Of a DNA stretch of 64,000 nt, positions 10,344 through 20,184 are shown piece after piece. Below the pieces are notes generated by a model, which did not search any database, was not told where the DNA came from, and saw only the letters and a program-made list of their open reading frames with translations. This DNA comes from Candidatus Moraniibacteriota bacterium (GTDB lineage Bacteria > Patescibacteriota > Minisyncoccia > Moranbacterales > GWC2-37-73). The position numbers and the translations under genes are program-made. The stretch's first letter is position 1. Every line of letters begins with the position of its first letter. The stretch covers positions 2,485-66,484 of the forward strand of contig DNVR01000009.1 of NCBI GenBank assembly GCA_003507445.1, written 5' to 3'.

Positions 10344-10526
10344 TCGAGCAAAAAACTGATTTGAATTTTTGCCGGGGTTTCTTTTGAAACCCGCCGAATG
10401 CTCGTATTCCTCGCATCCGGCCCACTATGCGACCCCTCCAGTTCCGTATTTTATATTTAGTATTTCGTATCTTGTATTTTTGAATTCATACTAAATACCA
10501 AATACCATATACAAAATACTTGTATT

Positions 10527-11993
10527 CTAAATCTCCTTAATCCCCACCAATTGAATATGTTCTCCATCTGGAGTTCGGCCTAAAATCAAAACGACCTTGT
10601 CTCCAGTTTCAAGCACACCATTTTTCTTGGCATCGGAAATAAGCCAATCGATGTCCTCTCGAAAAACTTCTCCTCGTTCATAAAGTTTTGCATTGATTCC
10701 CCACACCAATGAAAGCTGATAATATGTTTTTTTATTATGAGTCACGACCAACATTGTTTGCTCTGGACGAAAATGCGAAAAAAGTCGAGCCGTAAAACCG
10801 CTAGCCGATCCAAGCACCACAGCTTTGGCGCTACTGCTCTTGGCTAGTTCGTATGCGCTCTTGATCACTTTTTTAAAATCTCCTTCACCGTTCAAAGCAA
10901 GCAAGTGTGTCACATCATCAAAAGGAGAGGCTTCGGTGTTTTCAATAATATCCTTCATTGTGCGAACACTCTCCACTGGATATTTTCCAGAAGCACTTTC
11001 CCCCGAAAGCATCACAGCATCAGCATGATCAACAACCGCATTGGTCACATCAGAAACTTCAGCTCGTGTTGGACGTGGATTTACAATCATAGAATCAAGC
11101 ATTTGTGTTGCGACAATAACGGGCTTCATTGCTTGCAAACTTTTCTTTACAATTTCTTTTTGCAAAATCGCAACTTTTGTTCCCTCAATTTCAATACCAA
11201 GATCTCCGCGCGCGACCATAATAGCGTCAGTATGTTCAATAATATCATCCAGATTTTTGATAGCTTCTTTGCGTTCAATCTTGGCGATAATTTGTGGAAG
11301 ATTATCCTCACGTCCAAGAATATTTTTCATTTTGTCTCGCAAAGTTTCAATGTTAGCACCAGTGGAAACAAATGACATCGCCACAAAATCAACATCTTGC
11401 GAAAGCACGAAAGCTAAATCTTTTTCATCCTTTTCTGTGATCGGACTGATTTGCAATTTTGCATCAGGAATATTGACACCTTTATGATTCTTCACTGTTC
11501 CGCCATCAATAACTTCGCAAAGCAAAACTCCTTCATTTTTTTCCTTAACAACAATTTTCATCAACCCATCCTCAATCAAAATTTCATTCCCCACTTCCAC
11601 ATCATCAATAATTTTTTCAACATCGAGTGAAAATTTTCTGTCATTTGAAATTTGATCATTTGAAATTGATTGGAAATTGGAAATTGGAAATTGGAAATTA
11701 GGCGCATAAAAAATATCACTGACCAACACAAATTCTCCTGGTTTCATTTCCACGTTTTCCACAACAACCGTCCTTATTCTCGGTCCTTGAAGATCAGCCA
11801 AAATTCCAACAGCTATGTCCAATTCTTGCGACAATTCTCGAATAATTTTAATCACATTTCCATGCCATTCATGTGAGCCATGAGAAAAATTAAGTCTGGC
11901 CACATTCATGCCATTTTCAATCATTTGTTTCAAAACTTCTTTACTATCAGAAACCAATCCGAGAGTTGCCACTATTTTTGTCTTCTTTGCCAT
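10527..11993 (-). CDS. pyk: Pyruvate kinase
   Basis: KTKIVATLG, ARLNFSHG, DLQGPRIR, MVARGDLG, ATQMLDSM, PTRAEVSD, MLSGESA. Confidence 0.97.
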   Translation of the reverse strand: MAKKTKIVATLGLVSDSKEVLKQMIENGMNVARLNFSHGSHEWHGNVIKIIRELSQELDIAVGILADLQGPRIRTVVVENVEMKPGEFVLVSDIFYAPNFQFPISNFQSISNDQISNDRKFSLDVEKIIDDVEVGNEILIEDGLMKIVVKEKNEGVLLCEVIDGGTVKNHKGVNIPDAKLQISPITEKDEKDLAFVLSQDVDFVAMSFVSTGANIETLRDKMKNILGREDNLPQIIAKIERKEAIKNLDDIIEHTDAIMVARGDLGIEIEGTKVAILQKEIVKKSLQAMKPVIVATQMLDSMIVNPRPTRAEVSDVTNAVVDHADAVMLSGESASGKYPVESVRTMKDIIENTEASPFDDVTHLLALNGEGDFKKVIKSAYELAKSSSAKAVVLGSASGFTARLFSHFRPEQTMLVVTHNKKTYYQLSLVWGINAKLYERGEVFREDIDWLISDAKKNGVLETGDKVVLILGRTPDGEHIQLVGIKEI

Positions 11994-12094
11994 ATATTTA
12001 TTCTATTTTTTAACATTAATACCTTTATATATTCGCATAATAAACAAAAACGGGCAACCTCGAAAGGTCGCCCATTGTTAAAACCAAGTAAAAA

Positions 12095-12463
12095 CTATTT
12101 TATAATCTCATATCCACCAATCATAGGAAGTTTTTTCATTTCTCCCTTAACGGCGTTGATGATTCCCATAATTGCTAGCACAAAAACAGCAATTGTTCCA
12201 AGTGGCAAAATAATAAACCAACCCAAAACCGGTATTACTGTTCCAACCACATTAACAGCTATAGCAGCCAAAAGTAGCAACAATTGTTGATTTGCGTGAA
12301 ATTTAGCAAATGGGCTGTTTTTTGCTTCTGAAATAAGTGGAACAAAAAACAAGATTGGAATAACATATCCTACAATCGCCATCACTTTGTTCTTTTCAAC
12401 ATCGTCATTTTGAGGTGCTTTTGGAGCTTCCACACCTTCCTGCCCCGTTGTGTTTTCTTCCAT
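12095..12463 (-). CDS. DUF4870-like small membrane protein
   Basis: AIVGY..FFVPL..SPFAKFHANQ..GE..KLP pattern. Confidence 0.8.
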   Translation of the reverse strand: MEENTTGQEGVEAPKAPQNDDVEKNKVMAIVGYVIPILFFVPLISEAKNSPFAKFHANQQLLLLLAAIAVNVVGTVIPVLGWFIILPLGTIAVFVLAIMGIINAVKGEMKKLPMIGGYEIIK

Positions 12464-12572
12464 ATTTTTTAGATTAAAATTAATTATACTACTTATAATG
12501 ATACAATATTCATCTACTTTTATTTTACCATATCTTAGTATTATTGACAATCCAGTCAATAAAACCCCTTGA

Positions 12573-13124
12573 TTATTGCAAGCCTATTTCCTCAAGCTCT
12601 CGCAAAATATCCTCCGGAATTGGATTATTCTTCGGACTTACACCAGGATAACGCCAAGCAGAAATGATGGTCAGCTTTTTAGTCCGCCAGCTGGCGGATT
12701 CCATTAGCTTCTTAGCTTTTTCACTTGTTTCAAATTTTTTAAATTGTTTTTGCAACTTAGCATCTTCTGAATCATTGCTTGTGCTTTTTGCTCTATGTTT
12801 TGCATTTTGTGATGTCGTTTGATAAAGCACCCAGATTTCCTGATTCCAACTCTCCTCTTTCTTTTTTTCCTCAGATATTTCCTCTTCACTATGCGCATTT
12901 GCAAAAACTGGTTTGCCCCATCTTGGTTTTGCAATTCCCTTTGTGATATTCCCAACAGGAATCATCACTGCGACTGTGTTTTCCACAATACTACTTTCAA
13001 TTCTTTTTGGATTTCGAATCACACCCAAAACTTTCTGTTCAGACAGACCATAATAATGCATCTTTTCCGTCACGTGCGCCGTCCAGAAATATTTATCACT
13101 GTTTTTTGGCTTCTTCCATTGCAT
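12573..13124 (-). CDS. Hypothetical protein with repeat-derived insertion
   Basis: WTAH..KM..YGLSE..V, EIWVLYQ and IISAWRYPG blocks separated by low-complexity inserts. Confidence 0.75.
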   Translation of the reverse strand: MQWKKPKNSDKYFWTAHVTEKMHYYGLSEQKVLGVIRNPKRIESSIVENTVAVMIPVGNITKGIAKPRWGKPVFANAHSEEEISEEKKKEESWNQEIWVLYQTTSQNAKHRAKSTSNDSEDAKLQKQFKKFETSEKAKKLMESASWRTKKLTIISAWRYPGVSPKNNPIPEDILRELEEIGLQ

Positions 13125-13128
13125 ACAA

Positions 13129-14007
13129 TTATTTCATTCCTCTCAGCAATGCAATCCGCTCCTCAATTGGTGGGTGGGTGGAAAAAAGTTTGGAAACTTT
13201 GTTGCCTTTGAAGGGATTTGAGATGTATAGATGTGCGGTAGCGCGGTTGGCGGCTTCAAGGGGTTCTTGGTCGGAAGAAATCTTTTCAAGGGCGCTAGCA
13301 AGCCCTTCAGGATATCGCGTTAGAAGTGAAGCGCTGGCATCAGCCAAAAATTCTCGCTTTCGGGAAATTGCCATTTGCATCATTATTGCAGCAAGTGGAG
13401 CAAGCAATGAAAGCAAAATTCCCACGATCATCAAAACTGGATTTTTGTTATCACTGTCATCCCCACCGCCAAGAAATGACCAGTGCCTGAACCAATCCGC
13501 TATCAAAGCCACAAAACCAACCAAAACAACCACCACGGTGGAAAGCAAAATGTCGCGGTTTCCAATATGCGAAAGTTCGTGAGCAATCACACCTTCCAAT
13601 TCAATTTTTTCGAGTTTATCCAAGAGCCCAGTAGTCACACAAATCACGCCGTGAGCTGGATCGCGGCCTGTAGCAAAGGCATTTGGAGCACTGTCTTCAA
13701 TAATATAAATCTTGGGAGTTGGGAGTCCAGCAGTTATGCACAGGTTTTCCACAAGGTGGTATAACTCCATATTTCCCTCATGAGTGACCTCTTTTGCGCC
13801 GCTCATAGCCAAAACAATCTTATCGCTCCACCAATATGAGCCAAAACTCATAACTATCGAGAAAGCAACTGCAATATACAAAATCGTGCTATTCCCCATT
13901 GCTCCCGCAAAAACATACCCGACTCCAATCACAAAGGCTAAAAAGCCCGCGATATAAATCCAGGTTAAACGTGTATTTTTGTCAGCTTCAGTGTATAAAG
14001 TAGCCAT
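13129..14007 (-). CDS. htpX: Zinc metalloprotease HtpX (M48)
   Basis: PNAFATGR, AHELSH, SRKREFLAD, FSTHPP. Confidence 0.94.
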   Translation of the reverse strand: MATLYTEADKNTRLTWIYIAGFLAFVIGVGYVFAGAMGNSTILYIAVAFSIVMSFGSYWWSDKIVLAMSGAKEVTHEGNMELYHLVENLCITAGLPTPKIYIIEDSAPNAFATGRDPAHGVICVTTGLLDKLEKIELEGVIAHELSHIGNRDILLSTVVVVLVGFVALIADWFRHWSFLGGGDDSDNKNPVLMIVGILLSLLAPLAAIMMQMAISRKREFLADASASLLTRYPEGLASALEKISSDQEPLEAANRATAHLYISNPFKGNKVSKLFSTHPPIEERIALLRGMK

Positions 14008-14025
14008 TTTTGATAAATTTACAAA

Positions 14026-14055
14026 AGTTACGCGTTTCGAAATACGTAAGTCCTA
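14026..14055. repeat. Compact AGTTACGCG...CGTAAGTCCTA element
   Basis: Same two ends as the expanded element at 15465-15670. Confidence 0.7.
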
Positions 14056-14057
14056 AT

Positions 14058-14738
14058 TTAAATAAATTTAAATTCTGAAATTACATTTTTGAAAATATTT
14101 TCAAATTCAGTTGATTTGTCAGTATAATAAGTAGCTTCTAGATAAAAAACCTTTCCCTCTTCTTCATTTTTCCAAAAAATAACATCCCGTATAAGTCCTT
14201 CGGCTGTTTTGACTTTTCCAGTTCTCACTCCCATACGTCCGTTTATCATTTCTTCTTTCCAATTAGGATCCCATTTGATGCTCTTTTTTCCCGCAGCAGC
14301 TTCGCAGTTTTCATTTTCTCCAAGAGAAATGCTGCCAACCTCAATAGCGGATGCCAACGAGCTATTTCTAGACCTGATATCCGTATATTTCTTTACAAGA
14401 AAAAAACTATTCGCATTGTTTTGAACTTCCCAATCATTAGGATGCTTAATTTCAAAGCCGTTTGTTTCATCGGTATTAATTATCCAATCCTTAATTCCTC
14501 TGGAAGAATCGCTATACAAATTTCCTTTAAGTCCATCCACTGCAAGAACCAAGCTTTTCGTGATATGCACACCAGCAACATTTGAGGACGGCATCGCATC
14601 CACAAAAAGATATATTGCATAGCCTATTCCCATTACGATGAAAAAAACTAGACTGATAAGGGTCAGCAAACAAATATAATGTGACTTGTTGTGATCATCA
14701 TATTTTTTATGAGCGTCGTGATGCCTATATTTGAACAT
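14058..14738 (-). CDS. Hypothetical membrane-anchored protein (PsbP-like C-terminal pattern)
   Basis: One TM helix, GFEIKHPNDW motif, ends ISEFKFI. Confidence 0.7.
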   Translation of the reverse strand: MFKYRHHDAHKKYDDHNKSHYICLLTLISLVFFIVMGIGYAIYLFVDAMPSSNVAGVHITKSLVLAVDGLKGNLYSDSSRGIKDWIINTDETNGFEIKHPNDWEVQNNANSFFLVKKYTDIRSRNSSLASAIEVGSISLGENENCEAAAGKKSIKWDPNWKEEMINGRMGVRTGKVKTAEGLIRDVIFWKNEEEGKVFYLEATYYTDKSTEFENIFKNVISEFKFI

Positions 14739-14753
14739 TGTGATTCGATTCGA

Positions 14754-15305
14754 TTAAAATTGGACTTTGACATTTTCTTTTTCTGCCTCATCAGCCGCAA
14801 AGAATTCTCTTTTGGTAAAATTTAACATTCCAGCAACGATGTTACTTGGAAAAGTTTCAATCTTAATGTTGAAATCTCGGACATTACCATTGTAAAATCT
14901 TCGTGAAGCTTGAATTTTGTCTTCAGTGTCAGTCAATTCTCTTTGAAGTTCAAGAAAGTTTTGATTTGCTTTCAAATCTGGATAGTTTTCAGAAACTGCA
15001 AACAATGATTTCAATGTTCCGGAAAGCATATTTTCTGCATCTTGTTTTTCTGCAGGGCTTCCGGCACTCATTGCAGCTGTTCGGGCTGCTGTTACTCTTT
15101 CAAACAATTCTTTTTCGTGAGTGGCATAGCCCTTCACCGTGTTAATCAAATTCGGAATCAAATCATATCTTCGCTTGAGTTGCACATCAATATCACTCCA
15201 AGCCTCATCAACTCTGTTTTTCAAAGTTACCAAGCTGTTGTAAATGCCAATTCCAAAAACAAGAAACAATCCCAGAACAACCAACGCGATTAATAAAATA
15301 CTCAT
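14754..15305 (-). CDS. lemA: LemA family protein
   Basis: AWSDIDVQLKRRYDLIPNL, ENYPDLKANQNF, RRFYN. Confidence 0.95.
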   Translation of the reverse strand: MSILLIALVVLGLFLVFGIGIYNSLVTLKNRVDEAWSDIDVQLKRRYDLIPNLINTVKGYATHEKELFERVTAARTAAMSAGSPAEKQDAENMLSGTLKSLFAVSENYPDLKANQNFLELQRELTDTEDKIQASRRFYNGNVRDFNIKIETFPSNIVAGMLNFTKREFFAADEAEKENVKVQF

Positions 15306-15464
15306 AAAAAAATTTAACCGACTGTTTGCCGTAAAGATTACTGCAAAAGCGATTTTTTTAATTAGACTTTGTAATATAATTATACATCAATTTTACGAAT
15401 TTCCCAATTTAGCAACTTTAACTTGAATAATGTGCTATAATTAAGCAAGATTAATATAATCAAC

Positions 15465-15670
15465 AGTTACGCGTTTCGAAACATTTCTTTTTTGGCCAAT
15501 AGCCTGCCTGCCGGTAGACAGGTTGGCGACAGCAACTCTTTGAGCTTTTGGATACTCGCCCCGTCAAATTGTTCACAGTAGTGAACACCAGCTTTGCTGG
15601 ATTTGACGGGGTAAATATTCATCCAAAAGTGTGCCCAATAAGAAATTGTTGAGAAAATGCGTAAGTCCTA
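15465..15670. repeat. Nested composite palindromic element
   Basis: Outer AGTTACGCG/TGCGTAAGTCCTA ends; inner CCTGCCTGCCGGTAGACAGG (15503-15522) and CCCCGTCAAAT...ATTTGACGGGG (15559-15611). Confidence 0.75.
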
Positions 15671-15686
15671 ATAATACACAAGTCCT

Positions 15687-16127
15687 ATGGAATTTATTAC
15701 GTCTTATGCAGTGTTTCTCATTCCAATTACAGTTGGAATTATCGTGCAAGCCATCAAGTTTGTGCTTTACAGTTTAAAACATGGTTGGGACATTCGCTAC
15801 GTCCTCACTCACGGTCATATGCCAAGCGCGCACACAGCTTTTGCTTTTTCGTTGGTTACATCCATTGGCTTTTATGAAGGAGTTCACACTGGGACATTTG
15901 CCGTTGCCATTGCGCTTGCTTTTCTTATTATCGATGATGCAACTCGTCTTCGAATGACTTTGGGCGACCAAGGAAAATATCTCAATATGCTCATTGGTCA
16001 ACTTAATATAAATGAAGAGAAATATCCTAGACTCAAAGAACGTATGGGTCACAAAGTAAGCGAAGTTATTGTCGGCGCCATGGTGGGCTTAATCCTCACT
16101 GCGCTGTTTATAAAGCTTTTTTCTTAA
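15687..16127 (+). CDS. Divergent PAP2 family protein (DUF212)
   Basis: Q..K, GHMPSAHTA, DA..LR, ERMGH..EV..G motifs. Confidence 0.88.
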   Translation: MEFITSYAVFLIPITVGIIVQAIKFVLYSLKHGWDIRYVLTHGHMPSAHTAFAFSLVTSIGFYEGVHTGTFAVAIALAFLIIDDATRLRMTLGDQGKYLNMLIGQLNINEEKYPRLKERMGHKVSEVIVGAMVGLILTALFIKLFS

Positions 16128-16152
16128 TGTCTTAGAAAATTATTTTGCACAC

Positions 16153-16181
16153 AAAAAAAGAGACCCTCGAGTCTCTTTTTT
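16153..16181. terminator. Bidirectional terminator between convergent genes
   Basis: A-tract-GAGAC-loop-GTCTC-T-tract. Confidence 0.7.
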
Positions 16182-16225
16182 CTTTTGCATTTCACTGAGA
16201 AGCTAAAAAGCTAACGCCTGAAAAG

Positions 16226-17563
16226 CTATCTACGAAGTTCTTCTTCGATAACTTTTCTGTCATTCCAAGGAATCTTTTTGTCGCCCACTACCATCGTTTC
16301 AAAATTACCCATACCTGTAATGCAAATAATATCCACAGCTTGAGCAATCTCAAGAGCTTTTTTTATCGCTTCCCGCCTGTCTATAATTTTCCAAAAATTT
16401 TGCCCTTCTGTTTTATTTTTAATCCCAACAGCAATTTCTTCAATAATTTGCTCGGGTTTTTCGTGATATGGCTCATCATTTGTAAGAATGACAACATCGG
16501 CATATTTCGAAACAACTTCGCCCATAATAGGTCGTTTTCCCCTGTCTCTGTCTCCGCAAGATCCAAAAATCGCGATGATTTTGGAATTAGGATTTTTAGC
16601 TTGAAAAAGCGTGCTATAAAGCCTTTCTAAGGCATTTGGCGTTAAAGCAAAATCAACCAAAATATGCAGTCCTAGATCGTTTTCTACGGCCTCCATTCTC
16701 CCCGCCACGCCCTTTATTTTTGCCAGCGCCTCTTTGATCGTTTCCAGCTCAATCTCTTCACTAAGGCCCACGCACGTTGCAGCAAGGGCGTTTTCCACAT
16801 TAAACATTCCGGGAATGTTTAATGTGAATTTCGAATTTCGAATTTCGAATTTCGAAAAATTGATTCCCAGCTCAATATTTTCTGCTTGAATAATTTCAAT
16901 ATCTTTTTTGTCATTCCCGCGGAGGCGGGAATCCAGGTCCGCATTTTTTTCTAAATTTGTTGTATACGCAAATTTTTTATCAACATTAAAATCCAAAAAC
17001 TCTTCTGGTTTTTCCATATCAGCATTAACAATAATAGTGCCATTGTTTTTTGCACTAATTTCAAAAAGCTTTTTCTTGGCAGCTCGATATTTTTCCATTG
17101 TCTTGTGATAATCCAAATGTTCGCGCGTGATGTTTGTGATAACTGCAGTCTTATACTCAACGCCCCACACGCGATATTGATCCAATGAATGAGACGACGT
17201 TTCCAACACCAAATATTCGCAACCTTCTTTGACTGCTTTTTTAATAAACTTTTGAATAGCAAATGAAGATTCGGTTGTGAAATGAGAAAGATTTTTTTCC
17301 TCAACTCCATTAATTTTGAAATTAATCGTTGAAGCCATCGCAACTTTTCGTGCCCCGTGGCCTCCTGGCTCTACGGGGTTCCCAGCCTCTTCCAAAATTT
17401 TTGTGATCATCTGCACAGTTGTTGTTTTTCCATCTGTTCCCGTCACACCAATCACTTTTATTTTTTTGCTAGGAAAACCAAACCAAACATTAGCCACAAT
17501 TGCTTGAGCCAAATGGTAAAGGTTTTTGATAGATTGAGGTATTAGTTGTTTTAATTTGTGCAT
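16226..17563 (-). CDS. murE: UDP-MurNAc-tripeptide synthetase
   Basis: GVTGTDGKTTT, LETSSH, TNITREHLDYH, GRME, GDRDRGKRP. Confidence 0.93.
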   Translation of the reverse strand: MHKLKQLIPQSIKNLYHLAQAIVANVWFGFPSKKIKVIGVTGTDGKTTTVQMITKILEEAGNPVEPGGHGARKVAMASTINFKINGVEEKNLSHFTTESSFAIQKFIKKAVKEGCEYLVLETSSHSLDQYRVWGVEYKTAVITNITREHLDYHKTMEKYRAAKKKLFEISAKNNGTIIVNADMEKPEEFLDFNVDKKFAYTTNLEKNADLDSRLRGNDKKDIEIIQAENIELGINFSKFEIRNSKFTLNIPGMFNVENALAATCVGLSEEIELETIKEALAKIKGVAGRMEAVENDLGLHILVDFALTPNALERLYSTLFQAKNPNSKIIAIFGSCGDRDRGKRPIMGEVVSKYADVVILTNDEPYHEKPEQIIEEIAVGIKNKTEGQNFWKIIDRREAIKKALEIAQAVDIICITGMGNFETMVVGDKKIPWNDRKVIEEELRR

Positions 17564-17582
17564 AAATTTTTTAATATTACCT

Positions 17583-17706
17583 TGTCATTCCCGCGGAGGC
17601 AGGAATCCAGGTTATCGCAATACGATCATAAATATTATTATAAAATTGTTATTATACCAGGCATTATGCGTTAAATCCTGGATTCCGGATCAAGTCCGGA
17701 ATGACA
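17583..17706. repeat. Inverted dimer of TGTCAT-tagged REP-like palindromes
   Basis: TGTCATTCCCGCGGAGGCAGGAATCCAGG ... CCTGGATTCCGGATCAAGTCCGGAATGACA; near-identical unit inside murE at 16909-16937. Confidence 0.85.
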
Positions 17707-17715
17707 CAAAAAATA

Positions 17716-18708
17716 CTATCTCCTAAATCTTACTGCAAATGCTTTAGCTCTCTGCAACCCTCTATACACTGCATATTTCCTAGGGTTAATAATGATATCA
17801 TAACTTCCAGGAAACTCAATGGGTTTGGTATTCGGCGAAAAACCCAATTTGAAATTAGTAATCCCCTCCCAGTTGTTTGTTGTTTGTCGTGAGTTGTTTG
17901 TTATTCTTACTCCCCCGAAATCATAACGTGTGCACCCACTTTCTTTTGCATCCAAAATTGCTTGCCATTGCAATAAAAACGGTGCCATCACATTTCTATT
18001 TTCATTTGATGATGCCCCGTGCAAATATGTCGCAGTGTTTTCAAAAAACAAAACCAGATTTGCTGCAATTATTTTCCCTTCAAACTCAGCCACATAAATC
18101 TTGAGCATTTCCTCTGGCAAAGTCTCAATCATTTTTCGATAATACTGCTCCGGATGAGCCACAATCCCCTGCCTCGCCGCCATTTCTTTTGTTAATTCCA
18201 AAAAAGCCTCAATGTATTTCACGTTTTGCGCTCCACGATCCACGTTTTGCGAAATAATAACTCCTTTTTTCTTAGCTAAATTGATATTATACCGAGTTTT
18301 ACTTTTCATTTCCGCTAACAATTGCTCTTCGGTTTTTGAAGTATCCAACACAAAAATTTCTTTCGGCTGCATATTGTGCGGAGCTTTGAAAACTTTTTCT
18401 GAAATATTTTCTTTTATTGTTTCTAAAATCTGATCACTTTCCGGTTCAATCCGAATCCACCCCGCATTTTCTCTCTTCGCCAAGTCAATCAGCTCAGCAA
18501 AAAAACTTTCGACTTTCGACTTTCGACTTTCGACTTTTAAAACAGGCCCTTTCGGACTGTACATATATTTCCCAACTATCGGCAGACTATGTTCCACAAT
18601 GCTCGCTGAAAAGTCGTCATTTTCAACAAAATGCGTCTTTCTGCCCACAGCCTCCTGAAACTTTCGCCACTGCTGCGATTGTAGAATTTCTTTATTTTCC
18701 ATATTCAA
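17716..18708 (-). CDS. FemABX family lipid II aminoacyl transferase
   Basis: LQS..W..F, YSPKGP, KTRYNI, YLHGAS, LQWQAI, YDFGG, FKLGF. Confidence 0.9.
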   Translation of the reverse strand: MNMENKEILQSQQWRKFQEAVGRKTHFVENDDFSASIVEHSLPIVGKYMYSPKGPVLKVESRKSKVESFFAELIDLAKRENAGWIRIEPESDQILETIKENISEKVFKAPHNMQPKEIFVLDTSKTEEQLLAEMKSKTRYNINLAKKKGVIISQNVDRGAQNVKYIEAFLELTKEMAARQGIVAHPEQYYRKMIETLPEEMLKIYVAEFEGKIIAANLVLFFENTATYLHGASSNENRNVMAPFLLQWQAILDAKESGCTRYDFGGVRITNNSRQTTNNWEGITNFKLGFSPNTKPIEFPGSYDIIINPRKYAVYRGLQRAKAFAVRFRR

Positions 18709-18805
18709 AGTATATCAGGAAAACAAATAACAAAAAAGAGTCCCGAATAAATCGGGACTCTTAAATTAATTAAAAAAGAAAGATATCACATCTGTAATCC
18801 CAATC

Positions 18806-19402
18806 CTACCAAGGAGTTCCCTGTCCAGACCAACTGGTCCCACCATTAGTAGTGGCTTTACAAGCAGTTGCGCCCGTCTCATTATCCGTTCTACAACAAC
18901 TAAAATCACCAGCTGCACCAGTATAAAAACATGAAAGCGCATATCCACCACCTGCTGTTGCTGCCACTGCCACATTCACAGCTCTCACAGTGTTTTTATA
19001 TGTTCCAACAGATTTAATGTTGGCAATTTCATTTTTATTAGCACCGCAAGCAAGTTGCGTTCCAGCGGCATTAAAAAAAGTGAGCTCATATGAAGAATCA
19101 GCTGGTCCAGCATTAGTATTAATAACTTTATCAGAAGAACAACCAGTTCCAAATCCCGTAAAAACTTCCGTGATTGTTCCAACTTCCCCATCCATTTTTT
19201 TCAAAGCCAATTGCACTCCGCTGTCCGCTGTTTGGAGTGATTGCATTGAAAATTCAGTGCCGCTTGCACCTTTTTTTTCAACAATAGCCACAACAGAAAG
19301 TGTTCCAGCAATTGCAATCATCACAGAAATCACAACCAAGGAATACGCCAGGATTGAACCCTGCCTCTTCGGCAGGCAAGCCTGTTTTTTTTCTTTGTTC
19401 AT
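18806..19402 (-). CDS. Pilin-like (PilX-type N-terminus) protein
   Basis: G-SILAYSLVVI hydrophobic N-terminus, ADSGV, IKSVG..VRA pattern. Confidence 0.65.
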   Translation of the reverse strand: MNKEKKQACLPKRQGSILAYSLVVISVMIAIAGTLSVVAIVEKKGASGTEFSMQSLQTADSGVQLALKKMDGEVGTITEVFTGFGTGCSSDKVINTNAGPADSSYELTFFNAAGTQLACGANKNEIANIKSVGTYKNTVRAVNVAVAATAGGGYALSCFYTGAAGDFSCCRTDNETGATACKATTNGGTSWSGQGTPW

Positions 19403-19412
19403 TTTTTTATTT

Positions 19413-19457
19413 ACCCCGTGAAATTATTTTGTACTCAAAATACTATTCCACTGGGGT
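19413..19457. repeat. ACCCCGT...GGGGT-ended palindromic element
   Basis: ACCCCGTGAAAT...ATTCCACTGGGGT just upstream of the start codon at 19402. Confidence 0.65.
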
Positions 19458-19493
19458 TATTTTATTTTTACTTGTTTTTATTATACCACACTT

Positions 19494-20066
19494 TTATTTT
19501 TTCCCAAGACTTTTAAGCGCAAGCTTCACTCTTTCGCCGACATCTTCAATATTGTTTGGAATCATTTTCAAGGCTTCGCGAGATTCTGAGACAGAATATC
19601 CCATTGCGACCAAGGCTTCGAAAGCGTCGCTGTCACTTTCAAGTTGAGCTTTTTCGCCGCTTGGCATATCAGTAATTTTGTTTTTCAGTTCCAAAATAAC
19701 ACGCTGCGCAATTTTCTTTCCAACGCCAGAAACTCTGGTCAAAATTGAAGGATCTTCATTAAGTACAGCCATTGAAATTGTTTTCGGATCTGCAATTGCC
19801 AAAATACCCATTGCAGCTTTTGGTCCGATTCCTGAAATAGAAATTAAAAGTTCAAACATTTCAAGTTCCGCAATTTCCAAAAAACCATAGAGTGCCAACG
19901 TGTCTTCTCGCACATAAGTATGAGTATAAAGTTCTATGTCAGATTTTCCAGCTACCATTCCAAAAGTATGCACGGTCACAAAAACTTTGTACCCAACACC
20001 ACTAACATCAACAATGACATAATTGTCGTGCATCAAATCAATTTTACCTCGAAGCTTTGCTATCAT
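19494..20066 (-). CDS. ruvA: Holliday junction DNA helicase subunit RuvA
   Basis: MIAKLRG, VREDTLALYGF, ISGIGPK, GVGKKIAQRVILELK. Confidence 0.96.
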   Translation of the reverse strand: MIAKLRGKIDLMHDNYVIVDVSGVGYKVFVTVHTFGMVAGKSDIELYTHTYVREDTLALYGFLEIAELEMFELLISISGIGPKAAMGILAIADPKTISMAVLNEDPSILTRVSGVGKKIAQRVILELKNKITDMPSGEKAQLESDSDAFEALVAMGYSVSESREALKMIPNNIEDVGERVKLALKSLGKK

Positions 20067-20082
20067 CTCTTTATTGCAGAAA

Positions 20083-20169
20083 TGTCATTCTGAATTCATT
20101 TCAGAATCTACTTTCTTTATTTCAGATTACTTACTGTGATCGAGATCCTGAAACAAGTTCAGGATGACA
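20083..20169. repeat. Inverted dimer of TGTCAT-tagged REP-like palindromes
   Basis: TGTCATTCTGAATTCATTTCAGAATCT ... AGATCCTGAAACAAGTTCAGGATGACA. Confidence 0.8.
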
Positions 20170-20184
20170 AATTTGTGAGTTTAA

